Shown: positions 56,033 through 64,000 of the stretch, piece by piece
How positions within the stretch are numbered: the first letter of the stretch is position 1
How the letters are laid out: each line of letters opens with the position of its first letter
IMG/VR virus record: IMGVR_UViG_3300009838_000017
Coordinates: 1-64,000 of that record
Length of the DNA: 64,000 nt
Strand: one strand, 5' to 3'
Origin: an uncultured virus (IMG/VR IMGVR_UViG_3300009838_000017)
Lineage: Duplodnaviria; Heunggongvirae; Uroviricota; Caudoviricetes
Notes under the pieces: generated by a model
Told to the model about the DNA's origin: nothing
Databases searched by the model: none
The model's input: only the letters and a program-made list of their open reading frames with translations
Translations under genes and position numbers: made by a program

Positions 56033-56692
56033 TCAGTAGAGAACCGCCCAAGATCCAATGAGCACCTTAGCCACCGAATCCACATAGGAAGTCCTAGTGA
56101 ACTTGAGTAGTAGCTGAGTCCCCCTCGACGAAATCGGGATGGACACGAGTGCCTTGTCTTGAACAGGTAGGAATGTAGCTCCACCATCGAAGCTGACCTC
56201 CACCATCACATCGGTATCTGGGGGGAGTTCCTGGTAGTGTCGCTGAAAAGCGGCATCCGCTGGGTCCTCGTCCACGTAGGCGAAAACCTCATAGGTAACA
56301 AGGGCCTGTGAGGGACCTGCCCCAGGTCCTCCCCAGGTAATCCCATAGGGGTCTGTCTGAAGAATCGGAGCCGGGTTGGTCATGTCCACGGGATACAACC
56401 CAACATGACCCTTCAGGCCGGTGAAGATACCCCTACTGCTAGAGAGGTTGACGTTGTCTGGGTCAAACATCGGGTCATAGGTGACTTGAGTGAACAACCC
56501 GTGGGTGCCCAGAATGGCCTGATACTTCTTGTTGAGAAGGTCTGACAGGTCAATCGGGTTCCGAACTGCCACGTCATCCGCCACTCGAACCACATAGTTC
56601 CCAGTGATGACCGTAGATGGTGGGATATTCTGTGGGGTCACCACATCGTTGATGTCGTCGTTGAACAGGTCAACCAGGTAGTGCGTGCTCAC
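56033..56692 (-). CDS. Putative virion structural protein
   Basis: 219 aa between two giant structural ORFs; VEVSFDGGATF. Confidence 0.65.
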   Translation of the reverse strand: MSTHYLVDLFNDDINDVVTPQNIPPSTVITGNYVVRVADDVAVRNPIDLSDLLNKKYQAILGTHGLFTQVTYDPMFDPDNVNLSSSRGIFTGLKGHVGLYPVDMTNPAPILQTDPYGITWGGPGAGPSQALVTYEVFAYVDEDPADAAFQRHYQELPPDTDVMVEVSFDGGATFLPVQDKALVSIPISSRGTQLLLKFTRTSYVDSVAKVLIGSWAVLY

Positions 56693-56695
56693 GGA

Positions 56696-59600
56696 TCAGG
56701 CTCCCTTCTTGCCTTTGGTTGTGGCCGCCTCGGTTGGGTTGTACCCGTACCTACCTCTCGACTTCGACTTCACATTGGTGAATCGGAGAACCTCGACTTT
56801 TCCGAGTGGGGTCGGGGTAACAGGTGCGACGTGCGGCTTCTGTCCCATCTTGGCCCCAGCCAAGGTCGTTGAGGTCATGCCGTAAGGAACCCCACCAGTC
56901 TTCCAGAAGGGTCGAGACATCCTTGGGTAGAACTCGCTCACATCGGAGTTTCCACCTTGGAACTGGACACCCTCGATGTTGACGCCATCAGCATCCTCAA
57001 GCTGAACCAATGGGTTCCAGTCCCCGAGAGTGAAGAGGAACACATCCTCCCGTGGTATCGAGTACAGGACGTGATTGGCCCAAGTGTTGGGTGTGTTGGT
57101 CAACTCCGACACAGAAGGGTTGACAACCAGAGAAGACCCAGAGGGTGTCTGGAGGGTGTGGAACACAAACTCCTTGCATACCCGATCAACGTAGATCCCA
57201 GAGGCACCTGGGTAGCTTGCCTTGTTCTGGAAGTCCAGAGGATACAAGGCCCCCTCTAGCTCAATGTAGTCGATGTTCCCTCGTCCAGGCCAGAGGTACC
57301 GGTACCCATCGCTGGCCGCATGGGTCATCATGATGTCAGAGTTGTCCACCCCAGCCATCCGCACCAAGTCCCCAGCAGCAGTGGAGAGTAGGCTCGAAGG
57401 AACAGAGGCCAGGGTGGATCCACCCAAGTAGCCCTTGTTACCACTGTACAAGGGCTCTACTCGGACAGTGTAGTTAGCTGAGTAGCTTCCTGCAATCGTG
57501 CCTTTTTGGGCACGTTCCAAGTAGAGGGTACTTCCAGAGTGACCGGTAACCAGCGCAATCTCAGATCCGAACCTCACATAATAGGTCGGACTCGGAAGTA
57601 GGCTTATGTCTGCAACTGTAACCGACGTTGAAGCCGGGGTCATGCTTGCAGTGGTTTTTGTATTCGTGTCATCAGTTGTGACATTAAGGCTGGGTCCAAC
57701 TGAAAGTGAGTGCTGACCAAACGTTGGAGGGGAAGTGTCCACCAACGTATCGGTGGAGTTCACCGTGTGTACGGTGGAATAGCGTGTTGCTAGGATCCTC
57801 ACCCCAGGCTGACGATACGAGGTTGACGCACTCAAAGTGAGTGAGTTCCCGGAATAGGTTGAGATGGTAGAAGCAGACCTATGGGCTACCTCCAAGGATC
57901 CGTACTTGCTCCGGTCTGTAGCCTCCTCCCACCACCCAACGGAGGCTGCCACCTGCCACTTGCAGAGCTTGTCGTTCCAAACGACTGAGGCTGCCCGGAA
58001 GGCATAAGTGGGCTGGTAGCTTGTGGACACTGCACCATACCCAGGCCCAGGGATGTACGACCGATCACTGTTCCCGATCAGGTTGTTGATCGAGTTCACG
58101 AGGTACCCTCGACTCATCACCCCAAGGTCGGGAGACACAGCCCAGTAAGCGATGTTGGTGTCGCTCACCCCTACAACCAGGAAGTAGGTCCCATTCCAAC
58201 CAACCGAGAAGCTCAGGAACAAGTCTGGGTTTGGTCCACTGGAGGAGAGCTTGACCTCCGCCGTGCGGATACCATCCCTATTGAAGGAAGTGACCCCGAG
58301 ACGTGTGCCACGGTTGTAGAACAAAACGAACTTGTCCTGGCTCTCTACGTAGAAGCTGCCCCACAGGTCCGTGAACGCATTGTTGTAGAAAATCCCAGGG
58401 ATGGAGTGGGCCGTCTTGAGGATGGAACCCTCCCGAACCGTTCCAGAACTGGTCGAGTAGTCCACACTCTTGGCGTCCATGGCACTAGGACTAATCCCGT
58501 CTCCGGAGAGAACCATGCCATAAACATCGCACCCTGCGTCAACCTGCACACCATGACGCCTCAGATCGACGCCAAGGTCGGCCTCACCGGTTCCAGAATC
58601 AAAGTGTACTACAGTGTAGGCACCTGCGAGGTTACTATCACCAGCACTGTTGTTGTTCCTCTGATTTAGAACATCAATGGTGTCTCCAACAGAGATGTAC
58701 CTGGACGTTCTGGTGATGAGGATGATGTCCCCGGCTCGTACCGGTTGCCGGGTCTGGAGCTTCCCTGTACTGGTAATCCCTCCGATTGCCTGGTCCGAGA
58801 AGTACCCCCGTGGGGACTCCCTGTTCATTGGGCCAAAGGCAGAAACAATCTGGAAGTTCGACTTGAGACCTTCTTTCGGGAAGGTGAAGGTCTTCAGCTC
58901 CAAGGCGGTAGATACCCCAGCGTCCTCCATCTTGAAGAGATAGGTGACCGTGAACCCATCACCATTCCAAGTGATCTTCGGGTCACGAATGTTCCCGTTT
59001 CGGAGCGGACTGTTGTCGGAGGGGCTTACCGGAGTAGTGTCAATGATGTACGAGGTACAGTTGAAGGCCGAGTTGTACCTCCCTTGTTTGGCGGCAATAG
59101 TCCCACCCTGACCCCTACGGAACAAGGTTACTCCGAGCAGAGGACGGCCCAATTCCTGGAGGGTCACCTCTGCTGATGGGTTCCCCCACTTATCATTGAG
59201 GGTAGAACCGTTCAACCCTGCGAGCCAAACCACTGCCAGGGTATCCTCTGCCCAGCAGGTATCAACCTGAACGACATCAACGATCTCAAGAGACCTGGTG
59301 TCCCCGACACACTCGTTGAGGAATCGTTCGACGTTTGTCTTCGGCCCTGGGGGTGTCCCCCCGCCATTCCCGATGTAGGCAAAAGCCTTGATCTTAGGAA
59401 GCTCGAACTGCTTGTAGGTAGAGGTGTCTCGAACAACGAACCCACCCACAACTGCCTCGTCGAGGAACTCATCCTCTTCACTGGAACCAAGGTCGAAAAG
59501 GAGTAGGCCCCGAGGAACCACAAGGAGTCCTAGGAATGTTGAGCCGGTCCAGATTGCCCGAGCACCATAGGTGGGCTTTCGCTTACTTGGGTACTTGGCA

Positions 59601-62600
59601 AGGAGGATGTCCTGAGGAAGTGACCCGATCAGGTAATCCCTTTGCCACTCGGGTATCCCGGTCTTGTAGTCAGAATCATTCTCATCGTAGACGACAGGGG
59701 GCTGAAGTCTACTGATGTTCGGGAAGGTAATGAGCCTCTTCCTGAGGGTGTACTTCCCGGTGATGTCCGTGAAGACTGCACAGAGGCTAGTGTTGTAACC
59801 AGCAACCGTCCTTGGGTCGTGGTTGGTCAAGACTGGGGGATTCAGGACCTTGTTCTCACCCCAAGACTGCCCGTAGGACCAGACCCCGATGTGAAGAAAC
59901 ACGTTCCGATAACCGTCCGTCGCAAAGAACGGGTTGGGGCACCCAGACCCACCATGACGTGTGTACACATGGTTGCGACTCAGTAGAGTCATGTCCCCAG
60001 TGTCAATGTCCGAACGAACAGTGAGGTTCTTGATCTCACTGTTGTAGGGTCCGAAGCTCTGCCGGAAGGATCGAACCCTTACATTCTGCCCGTCAACTCG
60101 CTCACGGTCCAGGAACCCGTACATGTTGTCGCCCCAGGCGATTGCAACATGACTCTGCTCAGTGGGGTGGAGGATCCCACTTCCAGTCCTCCTAGGAGCC
60201 CCCACGACAACACCACGGAAGCCGAGGTCAGCCTCAAGACGAGAACCCTCAATCAGGTCGTTCCAGACCATCCCCTTCTGACCGTACTTGGAGTCAGCAT
60301 AGGTGTAAAGGTCGCCAACAGCAGAGGAGAAGGTCAGCACATCGGTTCCGACCACATCATTTGGGGCTGTGTTGGTAACCGTCCAGGTTCTATTGTAGAG
60401 GGTATCACCCTCTGTTACGTAGATGTGAGTCCCAGCTACATGGGAACCACCAGCGAACTCAGTGGCCCTAACCCAATCGTGCTCAGAGACAATGTAGACC
60501 CCATTGATCGCACCCACTGACTGAGCCGCAAGGAGGACCTTGTCCCCTGGGGTTTTTAGGGCCACTCCGTCAATAGTAACTCCAAGTCCAGTGAGGTTGG
60601 GCACGTTGGTGTTCGCCACCACCCTCACCTGAATCTTGTTGAATAGAGTGTTCCCAAAGAGGTTCCGGCTTAGGACCTCCTGCTTGGGCTTCTCGTACCC
60701 ATAGATGTTGATCTCATCAGCAAACGTAGTGTAGGACGAGCTGACGATGATCTCCCCGTCAAGCCCAACCCTGAATCCAGGGCACTTTGGACGGCACTCA
60801 TTGGACTGCTGGGTCTCGTACCCAGCCCCCTGTTGCACCAGCACCCACTCTACGTTGTTTGCGAAGGTTCCGGCACCAATGAGGGAATCGAGGGCCACAA
60901 CGTGCTCGCTGTAGCTGTCGTTTACCGTCCGGTACACCCCGTAGGCCGGGAAGTACAGTAGGTCACCCACTGAGATAGTCTTCCGGTAGGTCCTTCCTTG
61001 GGGGTCTGCCGTATCAGTTGAGAAGAGGAAGGTGGCATCGTAGAGATACTGGGTTGTGCCGCTCTGAACGAAAAGCGTACCCGTGTCAGACCGAATGAGG
61101 TCCACCGTCGGGCTGACAATGACCCAATCAGACCCGTTCCAGGTAACCCCCGGAATGAAGGATGGCACGACACCACCCTTGATCGGCATCGAGTAGTTCC
61201 TGAGGGAGACATCATCATAGGGGTGATTGGTATTCCCCTGAGTGTTGGGGTACACATCCAACGGGTCTCGGCTTCCGAGAGACCTGCGAATCAACTCCAA
61301 GTCATTGGATCTACGCAGCTCACCCAGGTTGGACGGATAGGTGCTCTGATACCCGTCAGCGGTCGAGACAGTCATCGAGACACTACTCTCGTACCCCTCG
61401 GTCATAGAAGGGGCGATGACCGCCTGATAGGTATAGTCACCAGTAAAACCCTCAGTCAGGTTCTTGTGCGAGACAATGACGAAACTGGTCGAGAGATGAA
61501 CTCTTACCGGGTACGGGGACTTTCCTGGGACCCCAGCGTTGTCCAGGTAGTTGGTGTCCTTCCCGTTGTCGAAGTTCGGGATCCAGGCCCGACTCGCTGC
61601 CGCCCTAGTGTCGAAGTTCTGATAAACGATGATGGCTCGGTCCTTGGACGAACCAGAGATCCGAACGAAGTCCGGCTCACGCTCTTGGAAGTGGAACCTG
61701 GTGCTGCTGGGTACTGGGGAGTCGGGACCCGCAACCTTCACCGAGGCATAAATCTGATTCTCGCTCGTACCTGCTCGGCAATAGACCCGACTGACAGGGA
61801 AGATGGCGTACCTCAAGGAGGAGCCTGAGTTGAACACCTCCGCCTGGTCTCCCTCAGCACCCTCAAACTGGGGGTACAGGGCGGAACCACTGACTGAACG
61901 AACTATCCCAGTTCGCCCCTTGTAGTTGTCTGCCCCAGCGGTTTGATGGAGGAGAAGGAACCGGTCCCCATCCCGTACCCCAGCCGTGCTCCAATTGGGA
62001 TATGCTGAGTCACTGAGGTACCCGCCACCACTGAAGTACCCAGTTGTTCCGGTAATGATAGCGTGGAGCCTCTCAGACCAGCACCAAATGAAGTCACACT
62101 GGACCCCACCAGCAGACCGCCTCCTGACAAGAGATACATCGGTCGAGCTTGTGATCGTCCCAGCATTGTAGCTACTGGTCCCATACGTAGTCAGACCGGA
62201 GACTGAGTCATAGATAATCTGAAGTGCAGCCGTGTTGCTGAAGGCGAGGTCATTGTAGCCCCAGCACCCAATAGCAATGCTGTATGAGTTGTAACTCTGA
62301 ATATCCCCAACAGCAATGGAAGGGTGAACCGTGTACTGTTGGAACCCATACGGAGAGATCACCCTTGGGGATCCGTACCGAATAGAGTACCTCTGGGCAA
62401 CAGGCTGATGGGTGTCCTGGGCACGATAGGTTAGGGCATCGTAGTAGCTTCGTGGGCCAACCCCAGAAGACCCGGAGAACTCCTCAGTCCAAGTGAAGAC
62501 ATACTCATCCAACACCGGATGGTGAGCCGCCCTCGGGTAGTGCCCTGAGGTCAGGTTTGACGAGTTTGGAGAGGTCAACGTGAAGAACTTCCCAGCGGAG

Positions 62601-64000
62601 TTCTTCACGTTGATCCCTAGCCCAGGAAGAACTCTGGTGCCATCCAACCGGATCTCGTTGAACCAGATTGAGTTGGAGGTGGCATCCGCAACGAAAGTGC
62701 CCCAGACCCTTCGAGCACTGTTCCAGACGATGCAGTAGCCCTCAACCTTGAAGGACTCAGGGAACTCGTACCCAGAAATCGGGATGTACGGAGTCCCATT
62801 GACATCTACAGTTGTGGGATCGTAGGTCCCATAGCGGTTGTTAGGACCGATCTTCAACGAACATGAGTTCAGGTCGAGGACGGTCCCATACCCCTCACCC
62901 TCTAGGGTGACACCCGGTGGAATGAAGATGTGGTCAGCCGTATTCCGGTAGACACCCCGACGAAGGTGAACGGTGGAATACTGCCCCTGCTGAAAAGCCT
63001 CAAGAAGGGCATTCTGGAGCGGGATATAGGTGTTTGGGAGACCCGATGAGGCGGCAGACCCGTCGTGGGAGTTGTTGTAGTCTCCGCTAGGGTGAGTCAT
63101 CCCACCAACGGTAATCTTGGTCTTCTCCTCAATCCGGGTCTCAAAGGGGTAGTCATAGCCCGGATACTGAATCATCCGGATCTTGCCGTCTTGTCGGATT
63201 CGGAAACCCCTGAAAGGATCGCCACTAGACCAAAGAACAGCGTTACTAGCCCCGAAGTCTACCTTGGGGGTGATGTCCTCATTAGGACTGGACCCCCACC
63301 CAGATGCCTCAGCGTCCAAGGCACGGACGTAGAAGTCGTTCCCCTGGGAAGTCGTTCCAAGGAGGAGGGCTCCAGGATTGAAGCCATTCGCATCACTTGA
63401 AAGCTCAAGTCGGACCCTAGCCGGTGTCTGATACTTGTTCTGGTTGCTCCGACTGACATAGACAGAAGAAGCGGACCCTTTGGTCAAGGTCTTGTCTGCT
63501 GCCCAGTAGACCGCCCAGAGTTGGAGACGGCCAGTCGTGGTGTTCACCCCTCCGTTGCCCCCAGTGGGCTTCACATCGTTGCCCGCAAGGGGTGGAGTCG
63601 AGAACCGGAAGACACCCGCCTTGTAGTCGATAGTCATCCGCTGATCGGCATCAGGGATCGTACCGTCGATACGGGGGTTCTTCGGGAGGGGGGCGTTCCA
63701 GTCTGGACCCGAACCATCCGGCAAGCTCCGGTAGATGATGGGACGGTAGCCCACCAGGTCCAGAGAGCTACCAGGACCCGCTGGGGGCTGGTAGATTGCG
63801 TCCGCCCTGTCGATTGCCTCACCCCCTGAGAACGAGGGTGAGACCAGGTCCGTGACCCGGTCGATGTTGATCTGATCGAGGGTGGGGGCGGAGATGGTAT
63901 GCAGCAGAGAATCAGGGCTGACTGCAAGGAAAGTCTGCTCCCGACCCAACGGACCAGAACCAGGAACCGCAAAGAGCTGGACAGCACCCTGCCTAACCAC
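56696..64000 (-). CDS. Giant virion/tail-fibre-like protein, 5' end beyond the window (>2434 aa)
   Basis: Open frame; beta-helix entry motif (HLRRGVYR..IPPGVTLEGEG); fibre module (TIDGVAL..GDKVLL..Q....NGVY...W.RA); propeller-like W-x-G repeats. Confidence 0.75.
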   Translation of the reverse strand: MVRQGAVQLFAVPGSGPLGREQTFLAVSPDSLLHTISAPTLDQINIDRVTDLVSPSFSGGEAIDRADAIYQPPAGPGSSLDLVGYRPIIYRSLPDGSGPDWNAPLPKNPRIDGTIPDADQRMTIDYKAGVFRFSTPPLAGNDVKPTGGNGGVNTTTGRLQLWAVYWAADKTLTKGSASSVYVSRSNQNKYQTPARVRLELSSDANGFNPGALLLGTTSQGNDFYVRALDAEASGWGSSPNEDITPKVDFGASNAVLWSSGDPFRGFRIRQDGKIRMIQYPGYDYPFETRIEEKTKITVGGMTHPSGDYNNSHDGSAASSGLPNTYIPLQNALLEAFQQGQYSTVHLRRGVYRNTADHIFIPPGVTLEGEGYGTVLDLNSCSLKIGPNNRYGTYDPTTVDVNGTPYIPISGYEFPESFKVEGYCIVWNSARRVWGTFVADATSNSIWFNEIRLDGTRVLPGLGINVKNSAGKFFTLTSPNSSNLTSGHYPRAAHHPVLDEYVFTWTEEFSGSSGVGPRSYYDALTYRAQDTHQPVAQRYSIRYGSPRVISPYGFQQYTVHPSIAVGDIQSYNSYSIAIGCWGYNDLAFSNTAALQIIYDSVSGLTTYGTSSYNAGTITSSTDVSLVRRRSAGGVQCDFIWCWSERLHAIITGTTGYFSGGGYLSDSAYPNWSTAGVRDGDRFLLLHQTAGADNYKGRTGIVRSVSGSALYPQFEGAEGDQAEVFNSGSSLRYAIFPVSRVYCRAGTSENQIYASVKVAGPDSPVPSSTRFHFQEREPDFVRISGSSKDRAIIVYQNFDTRAAASRAWIPNFDNGKDTNYLDNAGVPGKSPYPVRVHLSTSFVIVSHKNLTEGFTGDYTYQAVIAPSMTEGYESSVSMTVSTADGYQSTYPSNLGELRRSNDLELIRRSLGSRDPLDVYPNTQGNTNHPYDDVSLRNYSMPIKGGVVPSFIPGVTWNGSDWVIVSPTVDLIRSDTGTLFVQSGTTQYLYDATFLFSTDTADPQGRTYRKTISVGDLLYFPAYGVYRTVNDSYSEHVVALDSLIGAGTFANNVEWVLVQQGAGYETQQSNECRPKCPGFRVGLDGEIIVSSSYTTFADEINIYGYEKPKQEVLSRNLFGNTLFNKIQVRVVANTNVPNLTGLGVTIDGVALKTPGDKVLLAAQSVGAINGVYIVSEHDWVRATEFAGGSHVAGTHIYVTEGDTLYNRTWTVTNTAPNDVVGTDVLTFSSAVGDLYTYADSKYGQKGMVWNDLIEGSRLEADLGFRGVVVGAPRRTGSGILHPTEQSHVAIAWGDNMYGFLDRERVDGQNVRVRSFRQSFGPYNSEIKNLTVRSDIDTGDMTLLSRNHVYTRHGGSGCPNPFFATDGYRNVFLHIGVWSYGQSWGENKVLNPPVLTNHDPRTVAGYNTSLCAVFTDITGKYTLRKRLITFPNISRLQPPVVYDENDSDYKTGIPEWQRDYLIGSLPQDILLAKYPSKRKPTYGARAIWTGSTFLGLLVVPRGLLLFDLGSSEEDEFLDEAVVGGFVVRDTSTYKQFELPKIKAFAYIGNGGGTPPGPKTNVERFLNECVGDTRSLEIVDVVQVDTCWAEDTLAVVWLAGLNGSTLNDKWGNPSAEVTLQELGRPLLGVTLFRRGQGGTIAAKQGRYNSAFNCTSYIIDTTPVSPSDNSPLRNGNIRDPKITWNGDGFTVTYLFKMEDAGVSTALELKTFTFPKEGLKSNFQIVSAFGPMNRESPRGYFSDQAIGGITSTGKLQTRQPVRAGDIILITRTSRYISVGDTIDVLNQRNNNSAGDSNLAGAYTVVHFDSGTGEADLGVDLRRHGVQVDAGCDVYGMVLSGDGISPSAMDAKSVDYSTSSGTVREGSILKTAHSIPGIFYNNAFTDLWGSFYVESQDKFVLFYNRGTRLGVTSFNRDGIRTAEVKLSSSGPNPDLFLSFSVGWNGTYFLVVGVSDTNIAYWAVSPDLGVMSRGYLVNSINNLIGNSDRSYIPGPGYGAVSTSYQPTYAFRAASVVWNDKLCKWQVAASVGWWEEATDRSKYGSLEVAHRSASTISTYSGNSLTLSASTSYRQPGVRILATRYSTVHTVNSTDTLVDTSPPTFGQHSLSVGPSLNVTTDDTNTKTTASMTPASTSVTVADISLLPSPTYYVRFGSEIALVTGHSGSTLYLERAQKGTIAGSYSANYTVRVEPLYSGNKGYLGGSTLASVPSSLLSTAAGDLVRMAGVDNSDIMMTHAASDGYRYLWPGRGNIDYIELEGALYPLDFQNKASYPGASGIYVDRVCKEFVFHTLQTPSGSSLVVNPSVSELTNTPNTWANHVLYSIPREDVFLFTLGDWNPLVQLEDADGVNIEGVQFQGGNSDVSEFYPRMSRPFWKTGGVPYGMTSTTLAGAKMGQKPHVAPVTPTPLGKVEVLRFTNVKSKSRGRYGYNPTEAATTKGKKGA

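Noticed and set aside
1..64000. Alternative genetic code or stop-codon recoding
   Set aside because: Conserved genes are intact under the standard code and end in TGA, TAG or TAA.
51370..64000. Diversity-generating retroelement targeting the fibre genes
   Set aside because: No reverse transcriptase and no adenine-variable repeat pair seen by eye; not excluded outside the window.

Overview
This window is part of a large, high-GC, tailed dsDNA (jumbo-type) bacteriophage genome. It is densely coding and mostly on the minus strand. From right to left it holds: (1) very large virion/baseplate-type genes (51-64 kb); (2) membrane and lysis-like genes interleaved with putative virion-internal proteins (46.8-51 kb); (3) a replication block with a SNF2 helicase, degenerate DnaC-like protein, intein-containing DnaB, stand-alone primase zinc finger and family A DNA polymerase (36.8-46.6 kb); (4) a DUF2997-like/DUF1257-like/Ycf46-AAA trio; (5) nucleotide metabolism genes (ThyA with a large insertion, DHFR, HAD deoxynucleotidase, MazG-like protein); (6) an intein-containing ClpX, nitrilase, RNase HII, DUF1848, histone-like wHTH protein, YkgJ, DHH phosphoesterase, Dam methylase, HNH, RlaP-like nucleotidyltransferase and a vWA protein; and (7) at the left edge, a truncated GT51 peptidoglycan transglycosylase missing from the ORF track. 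Patterns that cut across genes: an N-terminal 'A-x-R-V-A-x-R-F/Y' leader on many unrelated proteins (candidate capsid-targeting signal); a C-terminal 'x-R-F-x-R-I/V-L' tag on other unrelated proteins, in a genome whose ClpX has remodelled substrate loops; a candidate ~140-nt rod-shaped ncRNA at 3.75-3.9 kb with its own promoter motif and terminator; and a strictly spaced TTGAAW-N15-CGKTGTA promoter family. No tRNA, rRNA or CRISPR array was seen. All family calls come from motifs read by eye; no database search was run.
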